Below, piece after piece: positions 50,638 to 63,254 of a stretch of 64,000 nt of DNA. The position numbers and the translations under genes are program-made. Positions within the stretch are counted from its first letter, which is position 1, and the number at the start of each line of letters is the position of its first letter. The stretch is from Octopus sinensis (lineage: Eukaryota), in contig NC_042999.1 of the NCBI RefSeq assembly GCF_006345805.1, forward strand, positions 83,018,001 through 83,082,000. The letters are read 5' to 3'. Under the pieces are notes generated by a model. That model saw nothing but the letters and a program-made list of their open reading frames with translations. It was not told the origin of the DNA and did not search any database.

Positions 50638-52374
50638 GAAAGTAGGTATAGCTATGTACCTACATATCTAGAACATTATTTTTGCAGGTTACAAGTGTGA
50701 AAGATGTAGCTTAGTGCAAAGGGAAGATAGTAAAATTTTCTTTAAAAAAAGAAATAAGAATGTGAAACCTCCAAATGGACATTCTAAGTACAAAGACTTA
50801 AATCTCTATGATTCATTTACTGAATAAGGAAATAAGTACTTATAAAATATTCTATTTATATACTAAAATATATAAATAACATTTTTTTGTTTAAGTTGTT
50901 AATGAAAAATGTTTACAAAACACAAATTTAGGTAGTTGGAGGTGGACAGCAATACACATATACACACACATGCAAACACGCACGTGCACACGCACACATA
51001 GAAACTTAGCAGTTCAGCAAAAGAGATATATAGAATAAATACCGGACTTTAAAATGATACTTAAAATAAGCACTGTGGTTGGCTTATTTGATCAAACAAA
51101 CCCTTCAAGGCTGTCCTCCAGAATGGCTGTAGTCCAATGACTGAAACGAGTGAAAGATAAAATATTACCACGAAGTGAGTGCTCGAATGAAAGTAAGTAG
51201 CACTCAAAACACTTGATTGGTGTTACATGTATATTCAGAATACCCTGTTAGATGTAATGCTTATTTATACACATCGTTTCAGATAAACATTTAGCACACT
51301 GTAGGTGCATCGTGTCACCATGTGAGTTTCCTCCCTTGTTAGTGGTAGAATTTTGACAACAAAGGCAAACAATGCTATGTTGAATAACACATGAAAAGAC
51401 AAATTCTTGATTTACTGAAGCTGTCATTGCTTTGAGAGAAGGTACTCAAACACCTTGTGGCAACTGCAATCAACTTTGAGCAAGAAGAGGGAGTTAATCT
51501 CAAAAACTGAAAATTCTCTGAAATTGTTAACATGCCATTAAGGAAAACACAGTATATATATAGATTAGTTCATTTGGTATATATATAATCCCAGAATTTC
51601 TGATGTTCTGATGAAACAATTCCCATATGAACCAGAAATGATAATTTGCACAACATATATGACTAATCAATAACGGCTGACATGTTAATGAACATGACAC
51701 AAGATTAGTCAAAATGTGAATTGTTAAAATTATTGTAAACAATGTAATAAAACTAATATCATTCATGCCATTCTTTAATGTTATATATATATATCTATCT
51801 TTAGATACATATATATAACTATAGTTACAAATACATAGATATCTAGATTGTTTACTAGAAAAACTAAGATATATAACTAGATGAATGGATATATATAACT
51901 AAGATATATGTAGTGAGAGAGAGAGATAGGTAGAGGAAGACAGTAGGCAGATAGATATTGAGTGGTTCATCTTTATTTTGGTATCATATCAAATTGTGTA
52001 TAGTATGTGCATTTTCAATCTACTGCCATTTTATTTTACATTTCTTTCTTTCCTCTTTGATGCCCATTTTTTTCTTCACACATTCCTATCATTAAATGAG
52101 TTTGGAGTATTTGCATGTGTTTGTATATGTGTACATTTTGTGTGTATACACATGCACATATATATATATATCGTGTTTGTGTGTGTATGTGTACATGTAC
52201 ACACATGAACACAAATTATATTCATGCAGATGTATGCACATTTATGCACACATAGATACTTATGTATCTTTATCTGTAATGAACAAATTTATATATGTAT
52301 ATATATATATATATATATATACATACATACATATATACATACATACATATATGTATGTATATGTACATATTTGT

Positions 52375-52600
52375 GGAGGCGCAATGGCCTAGTGGTTAGG
52401 GCAGCGGACTTGCGGTCGGAGGATCGCGGTTTCGATTCCCAGACCGGGCGTTGTGTGTGTTTATTGAGCGAAAAAACACCTAAAAGCTCCACGAGGCTCC
52501 GGCAGGAGGTGGTGATCCCTGCTGTACTCTTTCACCACTCTAAAAGGCGGTGCTCCAGCATGGCCGCAGTCAAAATGACTGAAACAAGTACAAAAAAAAA
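52375..52600 (+). mobile_element. Young tRNA-headed SINE with a distinct head/body fused to the family A 3' tail
   Basis: A box TGGCCTAGTGG, B box GGTTTCGATTCC; ends AAAGGCGGTGCTCCAGCATGGCCGCAGTCAAAATGACTGAAACAAGTA plus an A-run. Confidence 0.8.
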
Positions 52601-52676
52601 ATATATATATATATATACATACATATATATATATACATACGTATATATACATATATATTATATATATATATATATG

Positions 52677-52959
52677 TCACATATTCTGTATTTTTGGTTG
52701 TGTACTTCGTTCGTTTTCCGTCCTCGCGTTGTATACATTCGAAGCTTTCTTCCAGGGGATCTAATGCGCTTGGCTTAGATTTCCCTTGGCGGGCTGGCCA
52801 TATCGGAGCAATCTCAAGATTAATCAGCCGAAATTGCTAAGATGATCTGGTTCTTGACTGATGACTGAGGGCTTCGAATGTCCCGTCCTGTGGTTCTTGT
52901 GTCGTCTCTGTGGTGTTTCATGTTCTTGTCCATGTCTGTAATTATTTTTACTGTTTACC

Positions 52960-52960
<1 letters not shown>
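52677..52960. other. Unclassified CpG-rich, self-complementary insert within (TA)n
   Basis: About a dozen CpGs in ~280 bp, several nested inverted repeats, (TA)n on both sides. Confidence 0.55.
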
Positions 52961-53011
<51 letters not shown>

Positions 53012-56000
53012 ATTGTGTGTGTGAATATATCTATGAATATATTATGTCTCCGTCTGTGTGTATGTGCACATTGCACATTCATATCTATAAAAGAGCAAAT
53101 TGACTGCATTTTGTAATATATAGATGACAAGACCACTTCTGAAATAAATAAGATGGAAGTTATTATAAGGATTGTTCCTAAAGTGAGCATCAGATATCAT
53201 AAAGATAGAGGTTGGTGATGGCGATGAATAATGATCAGAGCAGGAAGCCTAAAGATGATGAGGCTGATAATAATGTTTGGGGAAATGAATGAAGAGGTGG
53301 GGCTCCTATCAAATTTAGCCAGAAAATCCTGAAGACAGAGTTTTTAAGATTCCTATTGTTGTTTTTCTTTTATTAATTAGTTGGAGGAAGAGGATGGTGG
53401 GTTGTGTAGTGGCCACATCCTTTGTTGGCTCTCCCAGAGGATATAGAACTTAAAGATAGGAAGGAAGGAATTATGTTTATTGTTTTGGTAAGGAACTGGA
53501 AATTTTAGATTTAAAGGATAACAAACAGTAAGTAGATGAATGGAACTGTTGGCTAAGGAATTGAATGAAGTGATATAAATAATTGTGTATTTGTGTGTGT
53601 GTGTGTGTGTGATGTATGAGTCTCTCTCTTTTTCTCTCTCTCTCTCTCTCACACATATTTTACTAGTCTTTTTTGCTGAGCTGCTAAATTATGGAAACCT
53701 AAACTAATACCACCTGTCAAACAGTGACAGACACAAACACACACACATGGGTATAAATGTATTCATACATACGTACATACATACATACATACATACATAC
53801 GTACGTACGTACATACATACATACATACATACATACATACATACATACACACACACACATACACGCACACAATGGGTTTCCTCATTTTCCATTTATCAAA
53901 TTCTCTCATGTGGTGTCATTTGGCCCAGGGCTGTTGTAGAAGACACTTGCCTTTGGTACCAAGCAATGAGACTGAACCAAATCCATGTGATTGCAAAGTG
54001 AACCTCTCTGTCTGTCTGTCTTCTCTCTCTCTCTCTCTCTCTCATACATATACATATCTCCATACAGGCGTGTGCACACATGCACACACGACACACATAT
54101 ACACATGCACGCACACACACACGATGAGCTTCTATACAATTTCTGTCTACTAAATTCACTGAAGGCATTGGTCGACCCTGGAGTTATAGTAGAAGGCCCT
54201 CACCCAAGGTTTGCTTAGGAGGAGACTGTACCCCAAACTGTGTGGTCGTGTGTACTATTACAGATTATTCTAACTGTTAAAAGACATGAAAACAAAGCTG
54301 CTAAATTTGATTATCTGAAAATAACTCCGTTAATTTGTAATGGATATTATTAAATAAAACTTTTTAAAAAGTTGCATTAGACAAAATGTCTATGTTCTGT
54401 TTTTTGTTTTTATTTTACACTGAAATAATTTAATGCCGTTTAAGAACAGATTTCAGGGTGTTAAAAGTTTAAAAAAATATCTTGTAGCTTTTTATAAATG
54501 AACTATGACATTCTGCACTAAAAAATGTATTTAAATTTAATCAGATTAATATCCATAGATAATGGGAGTATGTAGATTACTATTTTCTAAAAGAACTTTA
54601 GACATATCAGAAAGCAAAATTCTTTGGCCTTTTGACATTAGTATGGGATCAAAAGATTCCACTGGGGTGAGTGAACAATCTTGTCAGACAGTACTTTTGT
54701 AATAATAGAATTACATAAGAGTTTAAGATGTGTATTCTATTTCTGATGATCTATTGAATTCTATCACACAAACGCACATACATCAATATTGTAGTCTTGA
54801 ATTATATAAATATTAACATGAACTTGAAAAGATGGAACTGAATGTTGATTTAGGTACACTGTTAAAAACATGAGAGTCTATCATCTAAAATCAAGCTCAG
54901 ATTGCTCTTCTTTAGAAAAAAAGAAAACAAAAGCTAGCTCAGTTATACCATTCAAGATGAAAACAACTGTCATTTCTTCCAAATTTAAGAAAGAGTTTAT
55001 GCCAATACAGTAACTGAAGCTATTCATAACAGCTACTTTCACCTCACCTATGTAAAGCCTGTTGCATCTTCATTGTTTAAATTCCATCATCTGTGCTGGC
55101 ATGGGTTGGATGGTTTTACAGGAGCCAATGAACTAGAGGACTGCATCAAGCTCCAATGTCTGTTTTGGCATAATTTCTTCAGTTGGATGCCCTTTCCTCA
55201 TGTACAGGGTGCTTTTTGTTTGGCATGGCACAAGCTCTAGTGAAGTCACCAAGTATCTTGTAAGACCAGACCCCTCACTCAGATATGAACATAGTATTTG
55301 CCAAAGAATATATTTTTCCCTATGACAACTTAATATAGATCAAGAAGCAAACCTCTGTGCCCTTTTCACTTAAGCTTAGGATAAGAAAAAATTATTTCTG
55401 TGCTTAGTGTTGTTGTTGTTGGAGTCTACATCATAAATGCAATACATAAAAGTTTTCCCTTTCCTCGTTAATGGGGATTGATATAGAGTTGATGGATTGT
55501 TATTTCTAAGCAACTTTAAACTGCAAATCTTTTTAGATTACATAAGCACTTGCACATTTAAAAAAAAAATTACATTTTGTCAATATTCTTGCTGTATTTT
55601 GAAACCAGACAACCCACAATATATACCCTACAAAAATACAAAAACAAATTGGAAATTGAATTGAATTTAAATAATAGAATATCATCTTTTATTTATTATA
55701 AGTTATGGAATGAGGCAGGTTGCATTCTTGTCATTTGCACAATCTCCAATAAGTTGTGGTTGATGCTCATTGTTCTCTTCTGTAGTTTGGAGATTTATAT
55801 TTCTCATTTACACAGCATTATAAGAGACATAGGGACTCATTGTAAATTTATTTTAATTATTCTTGAAATGATAAACTGTTGGGTTTAGCTGTGAGCTTGA
55901 TCCTAATTGTTCTGGATATCATTAACTGTAGGGAACAGAAATGGCAAGAGTGGTAATAACTGCTTTTGTGGTGGGGTAGTAGCTCTGCTGCTTTTAATGT

Positions 56001-56878
56001 GGTATTGGTTGTGGCATTTGTGGTTGTTTGGGTTATTGTGAGATACTTTGGCAATGACAGCATTGTTTAATCCTGGCTGTTTTTAATAGAAAGGAAGGCT
56101 TTGAGAAGTATGGGATTGGGTGTACATGGTATTCATATGATTGTTTGTGCTGTGGGGAAGAAGAATGTGTCAGGTGTGAGTGTGTAGGGTGGTGGTGGTG
56201 GTGGTGGATGGGTAGAGGTTAGAGGTTAAATACTTTTACCACTTGGGAGTAATTAAAAATAGAATAAAGATAAGATAGCTTGGCAAGGTGGGGGTAGATC
56301 TGTGTAGTTGGGTGTCTGACTAAATTCTCTCTCATCTAGTCCCCATATCTATCTTTTTGACTTGTATAAGATGGGCTGCTGCTATTACTTGCTACTTATG
56401 ATGATGATGATGATGATGGTGATTGTGCCAGGAGCTGATAATGGCAATAATGATGACATGTGAATGGGGTGGGAGAAAGTGAGGGTGCCAGATGCAGGCA
56501 GATTTCTACATCTATTTTCCACTCCATTTCTATACCCTTTCATCTTTGTCTTTTCATTCACTTATCACCTCCCCCACCGCACCCTGCACATCATCATATC
56601 TTTTTTATTAATTATCTTGTTTCCCCCCTTTCTTCAACACACACACACACACACACTCACTACTGACACAAATAATACAAAATATAGAACACACGCTCAC
56701 ACATCATTTGCATGTGCCATACACAAATTACATACACTTAAATAGTATTAATTATAGAACACACACACACACACACACTGATATAAACAGGAGACCAAAC
56801 ATTATCATAAGCTGTTTTGGCAGGCATCTCCTCTTCCTGCCCCTTACAATTATTAATCATCATCATAAACATCGTTTC

Positions 56879-56935
56879 AAGGAGATTTAATTGGACTAAG
56901 GAGATTTAATTGAAGTAAGGAGATTTAGTTGGACA
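56879..56935. repeat. 19-bp minisatellite x3 (AAGGAGATTTAATTGGACT)
   Basis: Three adjacent units with 1-3 substitutions each. Confidence 0.9.
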
Positions 56936-57168
56936 TATTAAGAGAAAAGAAAGTATAGAACTATAGTAATGATTTGAAGGGATTTCAACTCTTCCTCTTC
57001 CTCTCTCTCTCTCTTTTACTCTCATCAATCTACTGATGATGATGATGATGCTATTATATGTAGTATTAGGGCAATCAATGTGTGGCCTGAGTCAAAATAA
57101 AGACAGTTACATCCCTTTGTAGTACTTAAGAAAACTTATACCAAGCAGAAGTAGTCATTGCTTTTTGT

Positions 57169-57575
57169 TGTTTAACCCCTGTCATTCCTGACTGATTATG
57201 TTGACCTATAATGAAATGGCTTATTAAACATAGTATAGCCAGGACTCCATGGCGGTGGCCTTAATTGTAATCAAGCTGAAGTCGACATTGCCTTTCATTG
57301 TTTAACCCATGTCATCCTTGAATATGATGACATATAATGAAATGCCTTCCACTTACCACTGATGGCCATCACTGCTTAGTAATGAACATAGTATATTCAG
57401 GGTTGTTGCATGATAGTGGTCTAAATTGTAATCAGGCCAATGTAGACATGGCCTCTCATTGTTTAACCCATGTCATCCCAGATTATGTTGACCGATAATG
57501 AAATGCCTTCCAACTTCTACCCATGGCCATCACTGCTTATTATGAGATATAGTATATCCAGGACTTCACAGTGGT
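57169..57575. repeat. Tandem triplication of a 130-160-bp unit starting TGTTTAACCC
   Basis: Unit starts at 57169, 57299 and 57460; shared blocks include TGTCATCC, ATAATGAAATG and ATAGTATA-CCAGG. Confidence 0.85.
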
Positions 57576-57867
57576 GGTTGATTAGCAGAATTGTTAAAAG
57601 GTCAAAGGAAGCAAGAGACCTAGTGGTATCTTTTTTGGCTCTTTGCATCATGATAGCAATGTTCGTGATGACACCGACATCAAGCTGTATTGGCCTTATT
57701 CAGTGTCATGGGAAGGAGACTTGCATGAACGGTTAACTGCTAGTCTTCCTCAACAAAATATAAAAAGAAAAAGAAAAAAAGCCTAGCACTGCATATATAT
57801 ATTTGCAGCCTTGGTTGAAGAAAGGCCCTTATGGTCAGTGACTTTCAGAAAATGGGTTTGTTGAGTT

Positions 57868-58092
57868 TTAACCCTTTCGCATTTGGATTACTCTGTCAAA
57901 TTTAATGCTTATTTATTTGCATTTTGAATTAATCTTGCATTGTCTTGTAGCTTTGAGAATTCAATGATGTGATTGTTTATTTTCAGAATTACATTGCAAG
58001 GTAGGTGTAAGAGGCTTGATCTGGCCAGTTTAAACATAAAACTGTTAAGATATATGGGCTGGATATGGCCGGTTTAAGTACTAAAGGGTAAA
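57868..58092. mobile_element. piggyBac-like MITE (~217 bp), best copy
   Basis: TTAA-CCCTTTCGCATT ... AAGTACTAAAGGG-TAAA; CCC/GGG termini with TTAA-like flanks. Confidence 0.7.
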
Positions 58093-59612
58093 ATCCACCA
58101 CAATACTTGATTGATGCTTTATTGTTTTTTTAGCCCTTTAGGGATGAAAAGTAAAGTTGTTCTTGGTGGGTTTTGGACTTGGGACACAAAAGCTCTGGAG
58201 AAAGGATAAAATTTAGTGATCCTGATCATATGATAATAACACCCATTTTTAAGGTGCAAGGCCACATAATTTGTGGAGAAGGGTCAATTGACTGAATCAG
58301 TGAACTTGACTGATACTTTATTTTATTGATATTCCCTCCCCTTTGTTAAGATGACAGACATATTTGATCCTCATAAACTATGATGTAACCAAATCATCAT
58401 CATCATCATCATCATTTTAATGTCTACTTTTCCTTACTTGCATGGATCAGATAGAATTTGTTTAAGCAAATTTTCTACTGTCAGACACCCTTCCTGTTGC
58501 CAATATTGACCTTATGTCTCCATGGCTTGACATGTTTTCATGGAAGATTGGCAGTGAACAACACTGTTTGGGTAACAGCAATGCATGTTTACAATTGAAA
58601 CACTGCTCTGCTGGTACTATTATCCATTGTGCACTTTAAATAATGTTTTCATAACACTAGTGCAAATGTGGTATTTGAACATACAGAAAATCAATTCAGT
58701 GAACACTGGTATTTGATACGGTACTTATTTTCTTGACATTCAGAATTGATCTGTTCAAGATTGAAGTCTAAGAAAACAATTAAGCGGCACAACTAAATAA
58801 CACAAGATGTATTTATTGTCCCAGTGCTTTACAGATAGATTCTGCTAATCCACCATAATATTAATAATTAGCCACCAATAACCTGTCATCTGTGAACTGG
58901 TTGGTTGGTAATTATTTTCAGCTTTAGTTTACAATAGAAAAAAAACAGAAAATGACAAAGTAAGTGGTGTGAAGATTTTTTTCGCCTGGTAGTGTACTGA
59001 CAAATAATACTATATCTTTCAAAACTCATCTGCTTCATTACGTCTTCAAATTGCCTTTAATAATTGACAATGCCAATAATTGCATGTAAACCAAGGAGAC
59101 AGATGCTGGTTGATAAACTTTGAATTATTCATTTCAGTAATTCTGAAAATTTCTCCTGTATACATACACGTGTTCATACTCACATTATGCACACACATAC
59201 ACACGTGTGCACTTTTACGTACACATACATATATGTGTGTCTGTGTGCAGTATATATATTTATATGTGTTTGCACATTTAGGCATGCACACATATGTTTA
59301 TGTATAAGCATATTTATATAATCACAACAACTGCAGTTATTTATCCTCACATCAACCTGTGTGTGTGTGTGTGTGTGATAGTTATTTATCGCATACATAT
59401 ATATTTATAATATTGGAAGAAGTGAAGTGAATTGCCTAGATATTTTGGGATGTGAGAGAATTATCCACCCACCAACATGTGATAATGGCTGCTGTTGTCT
59501 TCAATGGTTGGTTTTGGTGATTTGTAAGAAGGAATTATGCATTACTTAGAGCTAGCTTGATTGAATCTGTTGGGTTGGTTATATGTTCCTCAACATGATA
59601 AGAATGTAGCAA

Positions 59613-59837
59613 AGTGAGCTGGCAGAAACAGTAGCATGCCGGGCGAAATGCTTAGCAATATTTCATCTGCCATTACATTCTGAGTTCAAATTCCTCCGGG
59701 GTCGACTTTGCCTTTCAACTTTTCGGAGTTGATAAATTAAGTACCAGTTATGCACTGGGGTTGATGTAATTGACTAAATCCCTTTGCCTGTCCTTGTTTG
59801 TCCCCTCTATGTTTAGCCCCTTGTGTGCAATAAAGAA
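59613..59837 (+). mobile_element. Family C SINE, full length, with 15-bp TSD
   Basis: ATAAGAATG(T/C)AGCAA at 59598-59612 and 59838-59852. Confidence 0.88.
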
Positions 59838-60059
59838 ATAAGAATGCAGCAAGGCAAAGTGATATTTTGTTACAACTGGGAATCTAAGGCCAAATTGTAA
59901 GAGTTTTACCTGCTGTTTGATTCCTATGCACTGCTGCACTATCTCACAAAGATAGATGCATGCAGGTATGCCAACATGTTTAACTCTGTTGCAGATTCAT
60001 TGAAAGACATAACTGTTTAGGGTACAAAAGAAAAAAAAAACTCAGTTCTTTTATCTTTT

Positions 60060-60440
60060 ACCTTGTTAGACTCATTAGACTGCGGTCATGCTGGGGCACC
60101 GCCATGAAGAATTTTTAGGCAAATGAATCAACCCCAGTACTTATTCCTCTAAGCCTGGTACTTCTTGATCAATGTCTTTTGCCAATCCACTAAGTTATAT
60201 GGACATGAACACAGCAGTGCCAGTTGTTAAGTGTTGGTGAGGGTCAAACACAGACACAGACACACACACACACACATGTATATAGTGGCTTCTTTTCCAT
60301 TTCCATTTGCCAAATCCACTCGTAAGGCCTTGGTTGGCCCAAGGCTATAGTAGAACACACTTGCCCAAGGTGCCACACTGTGGGTTTGAACTTGGAACCA
60401 TGTGGTTGGGAAGTAAGCTTCTTACCACACAGCCACACCT
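60060..60440 (-). mobile_element. Family A SINE, near full length
   Basis: Tail, microsatellite, core and head on the minus strand. Confidence 0.8.
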
Positions 60441-60509
60441 AAAATAAAACAAAGAATACATTGAATTATGTACTCTTTGAGACACTTATTTAAAACTGGA
60501 TTGTTATGG

Positions 60510-60790
60510 CAGAGGCCAGTCAGGTGGTACTGGCATGAGGGCCAGTCAGGTGGTACTGGCAACGGCCACGCTCAAAATGGTGTTTTTTACATGCCACCTG
60601 CACAGGAGCCAGTGAATGTTTTTTTCACATGCCATTGGGGTGACGCTGGTAATGATCACGCTTGAATGGTGCTTTTTAGGTGCCACCGGCATGGACGCCA
60701 GTTAGCTGCTCTGGCAACGATCACACTCAGATGGTGCTCTTAGTGTTCCACTTGCACAGATACCAGTCATCGAATTTGATTTCGATATTA
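60510..60790 (-). mobile_element. Family D internal region with tandem ~55-60-bp subrepeats
   Basis: Repeated GGTG(C/T)TTTTTACRTGCCACC...GCCAGT units, the reverse complement of units at 44231-44350. Confidence 0.65.
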
Positions 60791-61821
60791 CACTTTTTCC
60801 AGAACAATTTAAAAAAAAAGTTATAGAGGTTTAAAGTTTGATAATTTTCACCCAGTCAGAAAACAGGATTTGGAAGCTGTCATTTTGTGCATGATGTGTT
60901 TTAATATGAAACTTCTGCTTTATGCATTGACATATAACCCCTCATTTTTGGTGTGTGGGGAATTTGTATTCTACACTTGGGAATTCATACAATGATGCAA
61001 AAACCAAAAAAAGGTAAAAAAACGCAGGTGCATGATTTAAGGCCTGCTTGGCTGTTATCTTTTAGCACATCTCTTGACCAGAGTACAGACAGCAGATGGA
61101 CACAAGCAACAGAACACAGCCCCGATGCACATGCTTTCGCGTAGAATATATTTATCAATATATACTCTCTTGCCAACAAAGAGTTCTTGTGTTTGGCTTG
61201 TTACTATGGAAACAAGCATGAATATGTCTGTGGCTAAAATTATCCCAAATTTTCAAACTTTAAAAGCTAATAACTCTTTGTTTATTGATTTATTGTGAAA
61301 ATGAATTTCAAAGCAGTGATTAGCATATAAAACCATATCATCACACAGAATATGAAATCAATTCGAGCAGGAATTGAAGAGATTGAAAATTGGCAGCCAA
61401 ACAGAAAAGATCCTTGATAGTTTGGACTTCTACTAAAAGCATTGGTTATATGTCTTGAATTTTTAAGATTAACTTGTAATGGGTCACTCCATCCATCACA
61501 ACTATAAGTAGATACTATAGAAGGAGTGAATCTGTGAGTAGGAACTGTAAGTAAGTGTAGCTTAGTACTTGACCAGCTGACAAGTATTTCCTGAGCTTGT
61601 ACTGCTGAGTTCTAGAGTTCAATCCTTCCAGTTTCAATGACTCAAAAAAGGAAAAGAATCAGTTACACTAATTTGATTCCCAGCTGTTCTACATCCAAGA
61701 CCAATTATATTTCTATCATTTACTGCAAGAACCTGAATCAAACCAGTGAAGGAGTTCTATGTATGGTTGATTAATCTGCTAGAAATAGCAGCTAGATTTC
61801 TTTCAACTAACACTCAACCAT

Positions 61822-62050
61822 TTGAACTTTTTAACATTCACATTATTCTGTTGAAAGTAATGCTTATTTATTCACATTGTTTTGAATTAATCATGCATTG
61901 TTTTGTAGCTTTGAGATTTTGATTATGTGATTGCTTATTTTTAGAATAATATTGTAGGGTAAGTGTGAGAGGCCAGATCTCACCAGTTAGAACATAAAGC
62001 AGTTGGGATATTTCGGTTGGAGATGGCCAGTTTAAATGCTAAAGAGTTAA
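61822..62050. mobile_element. piggyBac-like MITE, diverged copy
   Basis: Collinear with 57872-58088; right end AATGCTAAAGAG-TTAA. Confidence 0.6.
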
Positions 62051-62413
62051 AGAGCACAGTGATTTATATAAGTATAAATATAGTTTAAAAGAAGGGATTG
62101 TCATGGTTGAGCTATCTTTCATCATAGGTCTACTCAGTTAGGGCTGACTGACCTGGGGTTAAATAACAATAACACAGGCTGAGTAACTGAAGCATTTATG
62201 AATTCCATTGTAAATGTCTCTGTGGTATTTCAATACATATGTGCCTGCCCTGAGTTCAGATCTTACCTGAGTTGAATTTGGCCTACCTGAGAAAGGGACA
62301 GTGATGTTAATTAAAATATACACCTGTAATGTAATGGTATTCAGTTGAATTGGTCTGCATCTTTTTCTTACAAATATATTGGTTTTATGATAGTGTAAGA
62401 AATCAATAATTAA

Positions 62414-62814
62414 CGGAGTGGCTGTGTGGTAAGTAGCTTGCTAACCAACCACATGGTTCCGGGTTCAGTCCCACTGCGTGGCATCTTGGGCAAGTGTCTT
62501 CTACTATAGCCTAGGGCCAACCAAAGCCTTGTGAGTGGATTTGGTAGACGGAAACTGAAAGAAGCCCGTCGTATATATGTATATATATATGTGTGCGTGT
62601 ATGTCTGTGTGTCTGTGTTTGTCCTCCTAGCATTGCTTGACAACTGATGTTGGTGTGTTTACGTCCCCGTCACTTAGCGGTTTGGCAAAAGAGACCGATA
62701 GAATAAGTCCTGGGCTTACAAAGAATAAGTTCCCGGGTCGATTTGCTCGACTAAAGGTGGTGCTCCAGCATGGCCGCAGTCAAATGACTGAAATAAGTAA
62801 AAGAGAGTAAAGAG
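62414..62814 (+). mobile_element. Family A SINE, full length, young
   Basis: A/B-box-like motifs, CpGs retained, complete tail with AGTAAAAG repeats. Confidence 0.9.
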
Positions 62815-63222
62815 ACTTGACATAAAGCCACACGCTTAACTTAAAACAAAGACACTGAAAGGAAAAATGTTTATTCTGTTTGATGACGGCTGTTTCATAC
62901 ATAACATCTCACAGTGAAGCAGAGCTTACTGTGAGCTCTCGCTGAGTGTTTGAATGTCTTTTCCTGTTATTATATGTTTAGGGATTCTGTTTTTCTATAT
63001 TGGATGAGTTGAATGGGGATTTTTGAGGCAGTATTTTATGATCAGAATACCTTCTTGATGCCAATCCTTTTAGATGTGTTTTAGAACAGGCAAGGCTATG
63101 GAATACTTATTACCCCCCCACCCCACACACCCCAAAAAAAACAAGTGAGACACGCTGATGTAGTACTATGTATCACAAACACACATGTATACACATGTAT
63201 TTATATTTATTTATATATATAT

Positions 63223-63254
<32 letters not shown>

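Noticed and set aside
52375-52450. tRNA gene call for SINE heads (also 30608, 49257, 62414)
   Set aside because: A/B boxes are present, but no complete cloverleaf was evident and each continues into a SINE body and tail.
52858-52890. CTGATGA...GAAT inside the structured insert as a hammerhead
   Set aside because: A15.1 is missing, and stems I and III cannot be formed.
56879-57575. CRISPR-like array
   Set aside because: The repeats are adjacent tandem units without unique spacers, the context is eukaryotic, and there are no cas genes.
59046-59080. FKLPLIIDNA resembling the pogo/Tigger DDE motif LLILDNA
   Set aside because: Only ~10 codons, with no extended frame or TIR; insufficient without a BLASTX hit.
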